DNA of 64,000 nucleotides from Betaproteobacteria bacterium HGW-Betaproteobacteria-14 (GTDB lineage: Bacteria; Pseudomonadota; Gammaproteobacteria; Burkholderiales; Rhodocyclaceae), in assembly GCA_002840845.1 (NCBI GenBank), contig PHCS01000024.1, positions 21,760 to 85,759 of the forward strand, written 5' to 3'. This document shows positions 32,114 to 41,533 of this stretch, one piece after another. The notes below the pieces were generated by a model. The model was given only the letters and a program-made list of their open reading frames with translations. It did no database searches and was not told the DNA's origin. The position numbers and the translations under genes were made by a program. Position 1 is the stretch's first letter. Each line of letters opens with the position of its first letter.

Positions 32114-35100
32114 TCAGTGGGGAAGTGTAAACCGGATGGTCGTCCCCTTGCCGGGTTCCGAGTCCGCCCAGACGCGCCCGCCATGGCGATGCACGACGCG
32201 GGCGACGGTGGCCAGGCCGATGCCGGTGCCCTCGAACTCCTCCGGCTTGTGCAGGCGCTGGAAGGGGGTAAACAGGCGGTCGGCGTACTTCATGTCGAAG
32301 CCCACGCCGTTGTCGCGCACGAAGAACACCGCCTCCCCATCCGGGGTTTCCCGGCCGAATTCGATCGTGGGCACTGCCTCCCGGCTTGAATACTTCCAGG
32401 CATTCTCCAGCAGGTTCTGCATCAGAACGCGCAGCAGCTGCGGATCGCCGAAGGCCGTGCAGCCCTCGGCAATCGACACCCTGGGGGCGCGGGCGGGCGC
32501 GCCCTGCTTCAGCTCATCGAGGATCTCGCCGGCGAGCCGGCTCAGATCGACCTGACTGCGGCGCATGCTGTGGCGGCTGACGCGCGAGAGTTCGAGGATG
32601 TCGTCGATCAAGTGGCCCATGCGCTGGGCGGCGGCGCGCACCCGCTCCAGGTAGCTTTTCCCCTGTGCATCGAGCCGCTCGCCATACTCCTCGGCGAGCA
32701 GGTGGGAGAAGCCGTCGATGCCGCGCAGGGGCGCCCTCAGGTCATGCGAGATGGAGTAGGCGAAGGACTCCAGTTCCTTGTTGGCCGACTGCAATTCGGC
32801 GGTGCGCTCCTGCACGCGGATTTCCAGCTCGGCATTGAGGTGCTGGATTTCCTCATTCGCCAGAACCTGGGCGGTGATGTCCTGGGCGGTGCCCAGGGCG
32901 CGTGACGGCTTCCCTTCCTTGTCGACAAACACCTCCCAGCGCGCATGGATATGCTTGACACGGCCATCCGGGGTCAGGATGCGGTGCCTGAATTCGTAGT
33001 TGCCGGGAGGACCGGCAAAGCTGCGATAAGTCTGCTGCATGCTGGCCACATCTTCTGGATGCACCATGGACAGCAAGTCCTGAAAGGTTCCGCCGAAAGA
33101 TCCCGGCGGACGCTCGAAGATCCTGAACACCTCATCCGACCAGGTCATGCGCTTGGCGACGATATCAAGGTCCCAGCTTCCCACCTGGCCAATGCGCTGT
33201 GCTTCGCGAAGGCGTGCTTCACTTTCCCGTAGCGCCCCTTCCGCCTGGCGCAGCTCGGTGATGTCGTGGACGATGCCGATCACGCATACCTCGCCGTCAA
33301 TGCCGAACTGCTCGGCCGATATCAGCACCGTGCGTTGCGCGCCGGACTTGACAACAAGCTTGGCCTCGTACGATCGCACCCTGCCGGATTTGCGCATTTC
33401 GGTTGCCCAGAGCTTGCGCGCTGTTTCGTTGGGCCATAAGCCGATTTCGACCGAGGTGCGGCCAATCATTTCTTCCCGCGACCAGCCGAACTGCCCGACG
33501 AAGGCTTCGTTCACGTCGAGGTAATGCCCGTCGCGCAGGCGACTGATGGAAATGGCCACCGGGCTGGCCTGGAAGACCTTGGCGAATTTTTCCTCAGCGC
33601 GTTTGCGTTCGGTGGTGTCGATCGCCATGCCGGCCATGCGGAACGGCTTGCCGTCGCTCCCATACTGGCCGTGGCCGCGGGCGACGATCCAGCGCACGCT
33701 GCCATCGGGGCGGACGATGCGGTATTCGCAGTCGAATTCGCAGTGATGCTCAAGCGCGTTCATGTAGGACTGCTGTACGCGGGGACTGTCCTCGGGAAGG
33801 ATCGCGCCGAGGAAGCGCTCGAGAGAAAGATTATCGGTACTGATCGGCAGCCCGAATATGACCTTGAGTTGTTCGTTCCATTCCAGACGGTTGCTGGCAA
33901 TGTCCCACTCCCAGATGCCGACGCCGCCTCCAGACGTGGCAATGCGCAGCCGCGCTTCGCTCTCCTGCAGGGATTGTTCCGCCCGCCGCCGATCCGTGAT
34001 GTCCGCCACCATGACCAGGGCGCAGGGCTCGCCTTCCAGATCGATTATTTCAGACGACAGCAATACCTCGCGGATCTCGCCGTTCTTGACGCGGAAGCTA
34101 ACCTCCAGGTTGTTGATGCGGCCCGCTTTCTGCAGGGCCGCTGCCCAGTTCTCCCGTGCTTCAGGCGACAGCCACTTGCCGATGTCCAGCGAAGTGCGGC
34201 CGATGATTTCATCGCGGGTCCAGCCGAAGAGCCGCTCGAAAGCCTCGTTGATGTCGATGTAGCGCCCATCCTCGAGGCGGGTGATGGCGGTGGCGAGCGG
34301 GCTGGAACGGAATACGCTTGAAAACTTGCTCTCCGAGCGGCGCAGTTCCGCCTCGATCGCAACCTGCTGCGTGACATCCTTGAAGATGGCGAACAAGCCA
34401 CGCGGCCGCCCCTCCTCGCCCGGTTCGGGCACGATTTCGATGTCGAGCACGCGGCTTTCGCCGGCGGCTGAACGGCGTTGGGCGCGGTAGGCGAGCCGCT
34501 CGCCGGCGAGGACGCGCCCAAGTATTTCGCCGACGCCGTTGCCATAAGCCTCTTCTCCGATGATCTCGCGCACGCTCAGGCCGATGATGTCGTCCCTGCC
34601 TTGGCTGTAGAAGTTCGCGTAATTGCGGTTGGCATGCAGGCAGCGTAGTTCGCGATCTCCGTGGAAGAGCATGACCGGCACGCTTTCCATCAGCAGCCGT
34701 AGCTCTGCTTCGCGCGTGGACAAGTGGTCGATCTGCGTACTGAGTTCGAGGTTGATCTTGCGCATCGCCTCGTGCCGCAGGCGGAAGCCGCGGAAGATGT
34801 GATAGGCAACGGCCGCCGCCAGCACCACGTAGATGGTCACCGCGACCCAGACGAGGAACGGCGTCGAAGGCGTGACATAAAGCGGGAGCGCGCCCATCTG
34901 TTCCGCCAGCGCCAGACCCAGTCCGGCCAGGATGGTGGCGACGCAAAACGCAATCGCGCCACGCGGGGGCAGCAGCCAGCCGGCCAGCACGACGAGTATC
35001 GGCAGGCCGATCAGGCTGCGGCTCATCAGCCCGTTGGTGATGCCGATCTGCAGCAGCATTGCCGCCAGGACGCCCCAGATCAGCAGCGAGACCGCCAGGC

Positions 35101-35347
35101 CGACCTTGCCGCGCCGCAGGAACACCCAGGCTGCAATCGCGCAGCCGCTTACGGCGACGAGACCCGGGCCGCGCAGCATTGCGCTTTCGATGGAGAGAGG
35201 CATGGCCGCGAGATAGACCATGCAACCGGAAATGATCAGCCCGATGATCATCCGCAACAACCGCAGGGTGTTCTCGTCGCGCAGGATCGCGTCGTGAAAA
35301 TCGCCTCCGGGCGTCTTCGTCTCGGTTGTGGCGGCGTTGCTTTTCAC
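32114..35347 (-). CDS. Membrane sensor histidine kinase (HK-2): polytopic N-terminal domain, 5 PAS, HisKA, HATPase_c
   Basis: Start taken at GTG 35347 (VKSNAATTETK), 1 nt after the HK-3 stop. The first ~79 codons of the ORF-track entry overlap HK-3 in another frame. Five PAS repeats, then the same H/N/G boxes as HK-1. Confidence 0.85.
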   Translation of the reverse strand: MKSNAATTETKTPGGDFHDAILRDENTLRLLRMIIGLIISGCMVYLAAMPLSIESAMLRGPGLVAVSGCAIAAWVFLRRGKVGLAVSLLIWGVLAAMLLQIGITNGLMSRSLIGLPILVVLAGWLLPPRGAIAFCVATILAGLGLALAEQMGALPLYVTPSTPFLVWVAVTIYVVLAAAVAYHIFRGFRLRHEAMRKINLELSTQIDHLSTREAELRLLMESVPVMLFHGDRELRCLHANRNYANFYSQGRDDIIGLSVREIIGEEAYGNGVGEILGRVLAGERLAYRAQRRSAAGESRVLDIEIVPEPGEEGRPRGLFAIFKDVTQQVAIEAELRRSESKFSSVFRSSPLATAITRLEDGRYIDINEAFERLFGWTRDEIIGRTSLDIGKWLSPEARENWAAALQKAGRINNLEVSFRVKNGEIREVLLSSEIIDLEGEPCALVMVADITDRRRAEQSLQESEARLRIATSGGGVGIWEWDIASNRLEWNEQLKVIFGLPISTDNLSLERFLGAILPEDSPRVQQSYMNALEHHCEFDCEYRIVRPDGSVRWIVARGHGQYGSDGKPFRMAGMAIDTTERKRAEEKFAKVFQASPVAISISRLRDGHYLDVNEAFVGQFGWSREEMIGRTSVEIGLWPNETARKLWATEMRKSGRVRSYEAKLVVKSGAQRTVLISAEQFGIDGEVCVIGIVHDITELRQAEGALRESEARLREAQRIGQVGSWDLDIVAKRMTWSDEVFRIFERPPGSFGGTFQDLLSMVHPEDVASMQQTYRSFAGPPGNYEFRHRILTPDGRVKHIHARWEVFVDKEGKPSRALGTAQDITAQVLANEEIQHLNAELEIRVQERTAELQSANKELESFAYSISHDLRAPLRGIDGFSHLLAEEYGERLDAQGKSYLERVRAAAQRMGHLIDDILELSRVSRHSMRRSQVDLSRLAGEILDELKQGAPARAPRVSIAEGCTAFGDPQLLRVLMQNLLENAWKYSSREAVPTIEFGRETPDGEAVFFVRDNGVGFDMKYADRLFTPFQRLHKPEEFEGTGIGLATVARVVHRHGGRVWADSEPGKGTTIRFTLPH

Positions 35348-35348
35348 G

Positions 35349-37433
35349 TCACGTTCCCTGGGGGCCGTCGAGCGCGGCCGCCGGCAGCGTAAACCGCATG
35401 GTCGCCCCTTGTCCCGGCGCGGCCTCTGCCCACACGCGTCCGCCGTGGCGATGCACGATGCGCGCGACGGTGGCCAGGCCGATGCCCGTGCCCTCGAACT
35501 CCTCCGGCTTGTGCAGGCGCTGGAAGGGGGTGAACAGCCGGTCGGCGTACTGCATGTCGAAGCCGACGCCGTTGTCCCGCACAAAAAACACGATTTCCCC
35601 GCCCTGTGTTTCGCTGCCGAACGCGATCTGCGGCGCGGGTTCGCGGCTTGAGTATTTCCAGGCGTTCTCGATCAGGTTCTGCATGAGCACGCGCAACAAT
35701 TGCGGGTCGCCGCTGGCGAAGCAGCCCGGCTGGATCGAAAACTCGACGGCATGGCCGGGGCTGGCGCGTGACCGCTCTTCGGCCGCCTCCAGCGCCAACT
35801 GGCTGAGGTCCACGCGCATGCGCTGCATGCCCATGCGGGTGACCCGCGACAGCTCGAGGATGTCGTCGATGAGCGCACCCATGCGTTGCGCCGCGGCGCG
35901 CACCCGCTCGAGGTAGCTGTGCCCCAGCGCGTCGAGCCGCTCGCCGTACTCCTCGGCAAGCAGGTGGGAGAAGCCGTCGATGCCGCGCAGGGGCGCGCGC
36001 AGGTCGTGCGAGATGGAGTAGGCGAAGGACTCCAGTTCGCGGTTGGCAACGGTGAGTTCGGCGGTGCGCTCGCTGACGCGGTTCTCCAACTCGGCGTTGA
36101 GTTTGCGCACCTCGTCCTCGGCACGTTGCTGGTCGGTGATGTCGCGCATCAGCGCATAGGCGCCGCGCACCGTGCCGTCGGCGCCGCGATCCGGCACCGA
36201 TTCGACCTCGATGATGCGGTCCTCGCCATCCCTGGACCGGCGCGTTGCGCGGTAGGAAACCTGTTCGCCCTCGAGCGCCCGGCGCAGCATCGGTTCGGCG
36301 CTGCGAAAGGCTTCCTCGCCGATGATGTCGCGAATGGGGCGCCCGATTACATTGTCCCCTTCCACTTCGAAGAATTCCCGATAGCGGCGGTTGGCATAGC
36401 GGTTCACGAAGTCGCGATCGTTGTAGGCGATCATCGCAGGCACGTTCTCCGTCACCAGGCGCAGATGCGCCTCGCTCTCGGCTAATGCCCGTTCAGCAAT
36501 TTGCCTTTCAGTGACATCCAGCTTCAGCGCATAGAAACCGACGACCTCGCCCGACTCGTCATGTTCCGGCACGAAGGAGACGTCCAGATGATGTTCCTTG
36601 CCATCTGCGGCGCTGCGGCGCACGGCACTGTACTTCACTGCCTCACCACCCAGCACCGCCTGCAGTTTGGCCTGAATGGCGCGCGCCGATTCCTCCCCGA
36701 GAATGTCGGCGACGCGCTTGCCGATGATGTTGTCGGGCGTGAAACCGAAAAATTCGGCATACCGCCCGTTGGCAAAACGGCAACGCAACTCACGGTCACC
36801 ATGAAAAATGAAGGCGGGGATGTTCTCGGCGATCTGTGCGAGCTGACTTTTCTCGGCGGCCAGCGCCTCGCCGAGGCGGCGGACCTCCTCCACGCGGTGG
36901 TCGTTGCTGTGCACGATGTAGGCGGTGAGCAGGCCGGTGAGCAGCAGCACCACCGCAATGGGAAAGGCGGCCATGAGGGCGTTTGACGGCGCTTGCGGCA
37001 GGTCGGCCGGGTAGGCGGCCAGGCCCAGCACGAGCGCAATGCCAAGCATCGTCAGCGCAGCCGCATGGCGAACGCCGAGCAGCCAGCCCGCCAGCAGGAC
37101 CGCCAGGGGCAGCGCAATCGTCTGCGGCGCCTGCAGGCCGCCATGCATGACGATCGTCGGAACGAGGGCCGCGAAAGTGCCATACACCAGCACGCGGGCC
37201 GCGCAATGCGCCTTGCCCGCTCTCGTCAGCAGCAGGCTCGCCGCAGCCAGGATCAGCACGAGCGCAGGCCCGATGGTCCGCCCTGCCTGATCCGAGAATG
37301 ACAGGAAGACCAGCGCCAGGTAGAGGGAGGGCCCAACGATCAGGAACCAGCCCGCCACGTGCAGCGCACGCAGCTTGGCACCTTCGGTTGCGTCGCCGGG
37401 GAAGCCGCATAACGTCTTCAGATCAAAGCGCAT
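35349..37433 (-). CDS. Membrane sensor histidine kinase (HK-3): polytopic N-terminal domain, 2 PAS, HisKA, HATPase_c
   Basis: 694 aa. PAS modules (IAENIPAFIFHGDRELRCRFANGRY..., VTENVPAMIAYNDRDFVNRYANRRY...). H-box ELESFAYSISHDLRAPLRGIDGFS. Confidence 0.9.
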   Translation of the reverse strand: MRFDLKTLCGFPGDATEGAKLRALHVAGWFLIVGPSLYLALVFLSFSDQAGRTIGPALVLILAAASLLLTRAGKAHCAARVLVYGTFAALVPTIVMHGGLQAPQTIALPLAVLLAGWLLGVRHAAALTMLGIALVLGLAAYPADLPQAPSNALMAAFPIAVVLLLTGLLTAYIVHSNDHRVEEVRRLGEALAAEKSQLAQIAENIPAFIFHGDRELRCRFANGRYAEFFGFTPDNIIGKRVADILGEESARAIQAKLQAVLGGEAVKYSAVRRSAADGKEHHLDVSFVPEHDESGEVVGFYALKLDVTERQIAERALAESEAHLRLVTENVPAMIAYNDRDFVNRYANRRYREFFEVEGDNVIGRPIRDIIGEEAFRSAEPMLRRALEGEQVSYRATRRSRDGEDRIIEVESVPDRGADGTVRGAYALMRDITDQQRAEDEVRKLNAELENRVSERTAELTVANRELESFAYSISHDLRAPLRGIDGFSHLLAEEYGERLDALGHSYLERVRAAAQRMGALIDDILELSRVTRMGMQRMRVDLSQLALEAAEERSRASPGHAVEFSIQPGCFASGDPQLLRVLMQNLIENAWKYSSREPAPQIAFGSETQGGEIVFFVRDNGVGFDMQYADRLFTPFQRLHKPEEFEGTGIGLATVARIVHRHGGRVWAEAAPGQGATMRFTLPAAALDGPQGT

Positions 37434-37499
37434 GTCGATATCGCCTTCAACGGCAGATCTTGCCGCACGCAGGAAATCTGCATGTCATGGCACACCTTA

Positions 37500-39221
37500 T
37501 CAGAAAGTGGCGCCATGCCCCAGGGTGAAACGCAGGGTAGCGCCCTGTCCGGGCACGGATTCCGCCCATACGCGGCCGCCATGGCGATGCACGATGCGCG
37601 CGACGGTGGCCAGGCCGATGCCGCTGCCGGCGAATTCCTCCAGCTTGTGCAGGCGCTGGAAAGGCGCGAACAGCCGGTCGGCATACTGCATGTCGAAGCC
37701 CACGCCATTGTCGCGCACGAAGTAGGCCGTCTCTCCCGTGGCGAGCGGTTCCTGGCCGAACTCGATGCGGGCCGCCGCCTGCCGGGCGGAGTACTTCCAG
37801 GCGTTTTCGAGCAGATTCTGCATCAGGATGCGCAGCAGCTTGGGGTCGCCCTCAGCCACACAATCCGGCGCGATCGCCGCCTCGACCTGGCGCCCCGGAT
37901 TGGCCTGGCGCATTTCGTCCAGCAACTCCGCTGCGATCTGTCCGAGATCCACGCGCTCGCGGTGCAGGGCCTGGCGCGACACGCGCGACAGCTCGAGGAT
38001 GTCGTCGATGAGCGAACCCATGCGCTGCGCGGCGGCGCGTACGCGCTCGAGATAGCCGCGCCCCTGATCATCGAGCTTGTCGCCATATTCCTCCAGCGCC
38101 ATCTGGCTGAAGCCGTCGATGCCGCGCAGCGGCGCGCGCAGGTCGTGCGAGATGGAGTAGGCGAAGGATTCCAGTTCCTTGTTGGCGGACGAGAGGTCGG
38201 CCGTTCTTTCTTTTACTCGACGGTCGAGGTCCTGGTTCAACCGCTCGATCTCGAGGCGCGCCAGCTCCTGCTTCGTGACGTCGAAGAACATCCCATAAAA
38301 GCCCTGAACTGCTCCCGATGCACCGACATGGGGTACGAGGGCGAACATCATGTGGCGGCCGGCAAAGGCGGGCGAGGGATGGGGGCCGCGAAAATACACA
38401 GGCTTGCCGGCGAGAACCTGCTCGACATAGGGTTTGGCAAGGGCGTAGTTGGCATCGCCGAGGACCTCGCGCACATGCTTGCCGATGATGCTCTGTTCGC
38501 TGAATCCGCAGTAAGTGGCGAGGTGCACATTGGCGAAACGGCAGACCCAGCCGTCGAAGGCGCAGATGCCGGCCGGCACGTTGTTCATGACCAGTTGCAG
38601 ATCGCGTCCTCTTTCGGCCAGCAATTGAAGGCTGTCTTCCAGGGCAAGCCGGGCAATCTGCTCCTTCGTCTGCCAGCGTCGCTGCTCGCGCGCCATGGAG
38701 GCCACGACGGCGGTCAATACCAGCAGCACGAGGACATAGACGACGCCGAGAATGGCGGGCGGCGTCAGCTTGGGCGGCGGCAGCAGCGAGAAGTGGTCCG
38801 CCAGCGCGATGCCGACAACCCCGGCGATGGCCGCCGCGCCGAACACGAAAATCATGCGCAGCCCCAGGGCCATGGCCCCCACGATGATGGCCGGATAGGC
38901 GAAGATCAGCGCCGAGCGCAAGCCGGCGACCAGGAGCGCGGAAGCCGTGATGGCCAGCAGGGCGCCGCACAGCAGGGCCAGGTATGCGCCGACCGGCCTG
39001 CCCAGCTGCAGGAGGATGAGGCTCGACAGGGAGACGGGGATCAGCAGGCTTGCCCCGATGACCCGGTGATCGCCGAATCCCGTTGGCCCCGGAAGGAGAA
39101 GCAGGTATAGCAGCGTGCCGGCGAGGACGATGCTGGCCGCCAGGCGGACGGTTCTCACTCCGCCCGCCCGGATGAGCCACTCTTCGGTAGGGATTGCAAT
39201 AGGAGTGGGGGATGCCTTCAT
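37500..39221 (-). CDS. Membrane sensor histidine kinase (HK-4): polytopic N-terminal domain, 1 PAS, HisKA, HATPase_c
   Basis: 573 aa with about 6 TM helices. One PAS (VMNNVPAGICAFDGWVCRFANVHLATYCGF...). Same H-box and catalytic core (FVRDNGVGFDMQYADRLFAPFQRLHKLEEFAGSGIGLATV). Confidence 0.9.
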   Translation of the reverse strand: MKASPTPIAIPTEEWLIRAGGVRTVRLAASIVLAGTLLYLLLLPGPTGFGDHRVIGASLLIPVSLSSLILLQLGRPVGAYLALLCGALLAITASALLVAGLRSALIFAYPAIIVGAMALGLRMIFVFGAAAIAGVVGIALADHFSLLPPPKLTPPAILGVVYVLVLLVLTAVVASMAREQRRWQTKEQIARLALEDSLQLLAERGRDLQLVMNNVPAGICAFDGWVCRFANVHLATYCGFSEQSIIGKHVREVLGDANYALAKPYVEQVLAGKPVYFRGPHPSPAFAGRHMMFALVPHVGASGAVQGFYGMFFDVTKQELARLEIERLNQDLDRRVKERTADLSSANKELESFAYSISHDLRAPLRGIDGFSQMALEEYGDKLDDQGRGYLERVRAAAQRMGSLIDDILELSRVSRQALHRERVDLGQIAAELLDEMRQANPGRQVEAAIAPDCVAEGDPKLLRILMQNLLENAWKYSARQAAARIEFGQEPLATGETAYFVRDNGVGFDMQYADRLFAPFQRLHKLEEFAGSGIGLATVARIVHRHGGRVWAESVPGQGATLRFTLGHGATF

Positions 39222-39333
39222 TCACATGCTTTCTGTGCGTGCGCCGCGCCTGAGCGGTTCGCGGCAACGGGTGAATAGCTTATCCCGTGTGATTCAGGAA
39301 GTATAATTTTGCTTCGCAAACCGGTTTTCTCCC

Positions 39334-41523
39334 ATGTCCAACCTGCTCGGCGGGCTCAACCCGCCCCAACTCGCCGCCGTCACCCTGCCGCCGCAGCATG
39401 CCCTGGTGCTTGCCGGTGCCGGCTCGGGCAAGACGCGCGTACTCACCACGCGCATCGCCTGGCTGATCCAGACCGGCCAGGTCGGCCCGCAGGGCATTCT
39501 CGCCGTCACCTTCACCAACAAGGCGGCGAAGGAGATGCTCGCCCGCCTCACGGCCATGCTGCCCATCAACACGCGCGGCATGTGGATCGGCACTTTCCAC
39601 GGCCTGTGCAATCGCCTGTTGCGCGCCCACCACCGCGATGCCGGCCTGCCGCAGCTGTTCCAGATCCTCGATTCTGCCGACCAGCTGGCCGCCATCAAGC
39701 GCTTGCTGAAGGGGCTCAACGTCGACGACGAAAAGTTTCCTCCCAGAGACCTGGCCAACTTCATTAACGGCCAGAAGGAGGCGGGCTTGAGGCCGGACGC
39801 AGTGGAGGCCTGGGACGAGTACACGCGCAAGCGCGTCGAGCTGTATCGCGAGTACGAGGCGCAATGCCAGCGCGAGGGCGTGGTCGACTTCGCCGAACTG
39901 CTCCTGCGCTCCTACGAGCTGCTGCAGCGCCACGAGCCGATACGGCATCATTACCAGAGCCGTTTCAGGCACATCCTGGTCGACGAGTTCCAGGACACCA
40001 ATGTGCTGCAATACCGCTGGTTGAAGCTGCTGGCCGGCGGCGGCGCGCATCTGTTCTGCGTGGGTGACGACGACCAGAGCATCTATGCCTTCCGCGGCGC
40101 GGAGGTCGGCAACATGCGCGACTTCGAGCGCGAGTTCCGCGTCGACAACGTCATCCGCCTCGAGCAGAACTACCGCTCGCACGGCAACATCCTCGATGCC
40201 GCCAACGCCATCATCAAGAACAACGCGGCGCGCCTGGGCAAGAACCTGTGGACCGATGCCGGCACGGGCGAGCCGATCCGCGTCTATGAGGCCTTCAACG
40301 ACACCGAGGAAGCGCGCTGGATCGTCGAGGAGGTGAAATCCCTCTCGCTCGACGGCATGGCGCGCCGCGAGATGGCGCTGCTCTACCGCTCCAACGCCCA
40401 GTCGCGCGTGCTGGAGCACGCGCTCTTCAGCGCCGGCCTGCCCTACCGCGTCTATGGCGGCCTGCGCTTCTTCGAGCGGCAGGAGGTCAAGCACGCCCTG
40501 GCCTACCTGCGGCTGATCGCCAATGCGGACGACGACGGCGCCTTCCTGCGCGTGGTGAATTTCCCGGCGCGCGGCATCGGTGCGCGCAGCATCGAGCAGT
40601 TGCAGGATGCGGCCAAGGCCACGAAAGTCAGCCTCTGCGAGGCGGCGAAGGAGGGCGGCAAGGCGGCGGCTTTCGCCGAACTGATCCGCAAGCTGAAAGA
40701 AGCCTGTGAAGGCCTGACGCTGCCCGAGACGGTCGAGCAGGTGCTGGCGCTCTCCGGCCTGCGCACCCACTACCAGAACGAAAAGGAGGGCCAGGATCGC
40801 CTCGCCAACCTCGACGAACTGGTGAATGCCGCCGCCAATTTCGTCGCCGAAGAAGGCAATGTCGACGCGGAAGGCGAGCTCTCCGGCGACCTCGCCGCTT
40901 TCCTTTCCCACGCCTCGCTGGAAGCCGGCGAGCACCAGGCCGGAGAGGGCGACGACGCCCTGCAGTTGATGACCGTGCATTCCGCCAAGGGCCTGGAATT
41001 CGACGCCGTCTTCATCAGCGGTCTGGAGGAAGGACTGTTCCCGCACGAGAACAGCGTGCGCGAAGAGAAAGGCCTGGAGGAGGAGCGCCGCCTCATGTAC
41101 GTCGCCGTGACGCGTGCAAGGAAGCGCCTCTACATTTCCCACGCCCAGACGCGCATGCTGCACGGCCAGACGCGCTACAACCTGCCCTCGCGCTTCTTCG
41201 ATGAAATCCCCGAGGCGCTGCTGAAATGGCTGACGCCGCGCATGGGCAGGACACAGGCCGCCGTGCCGCAGGGGCTGACTTTCAGTTCGCCGCGGCGCGG
41301 CGATTGGGCCGCGCCGCCTGTTCCGCCTGCGCAGGCGCGCCGGTCGCTGGCGAAGGAGACCGGCGGCTTCCACATCGGCCAGAACGTGGCGCACGCCAAG
41401 TTCGGCCAGGGCGTCATCGTGAATGCCGAGGGCGCCGGCTCGGACGCGCGCGTGCAGGTGAATTTCGGCCGCGAGGGCGTCAAGTGGCTGGCGCTGTCAG
41501 TGGCGAAACTGACTGCGGCTTGA
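39334..41523 (+). CDS. uvrD: ATP-dependent DNA helicase II
   Basis: 729 aa. Walker A LAGAGSGKTRVLT, DEFQDTN, VGDDDQSIYAFRGA, TVHSAKGLEFDAVF, VAVTRARKRLY. UvrD-type C-terminus HAKFGQGVIVNAEG...VQVNFGREGVKWL. Confidence 0.9.
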   Translation: MSNLLGGLNPPQLAAVTLPPQHALVLAGAGSGKTRVLTTRIAWLIQTGQVGPQGILAVTFTNKAAKEMLARLTAMLPINTRGMWIGTFHGLCNRLLRAHHRDAGLPQLFQILDSADQLAAIKRLLKGLNVDDEKFPPRDLANFINGQKEAGLRPDAVEAWDEYTRKRVELYREYEAQCQREGVVDFAELLLRSYELLQRHEPIRHHYQSRFRHILVDEFQDTNVLQYRWLKLLAGGGAHLFCVGDDDQSIYAFRGAEVGNMRDFEREFRVDNVIRLEQNYRSHGNILDAANAIIKNNAARLGKNLWTDAGTGEPIRVYEAFNDTEEARWIVEEVKSLSLDGMARREMALLYRSNAQSRVLEHALFSAGLPYRVYGGLRFFERQEVKHALAYLRLIANADDDGAFLRVVNFPARGIGARSIEQLQDAAKATKVSLCEAAKEGGKAAAFAELIRKLKEACEGLTLPETVEQVLALSGLRTHYQNEKEGQDRLANLDELVNAAANFVAEEGNVDAEGELSGDLAAFLSHASLEAGEHQAGEGDDALQLMTVHSAKGLEFDAVFISGLEEGLFPHENSVREEKGLEEERRLMYVAVTRARKRLYISHAQTRMLHGQTRYNLPSRFFDEIPEALLKWLTPRMGRTQAAVPQGLTFSSPRRGDWAAPPVPPAQARRSLAKETGGFHIGQNVAHAKFGQGVIVNAEGAGSDARVQVNFGREGVKWLALSVAKLTAA

Positions 41524-41533
41524 GGAATAAACA

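Noticed and set aside
35348-35584. The N-terminal 79 codons of ORF 32114..35584 (HK-2).
   Set aside because: They overlap the conserved ATPase domain of HK-3 in a different frame and translate to Cys/Ser/Arg-rich nonsense. HK-2 more plausibly starts at GTG 35347, or at a nearby downstream start.
30047-39221. The recurring ~75-200-nt near-identical segments, as a possible CRISPR-like or dispersed non-coding repeat.
   Set aside because: They are the conserved HATPase_c/HisKA coding regions of four paralogous kinases, spaced 2-3 kb apart. There is no short repeat-spacer periodicity anywhere in the window.
39280-41394. 704-aa ORF on the minus strand.
   Set aside because: It is antisense to uvrD, which has Walker A and helicase motifs on the plus strand. 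It is a compositional artefact with no recognisable domain.
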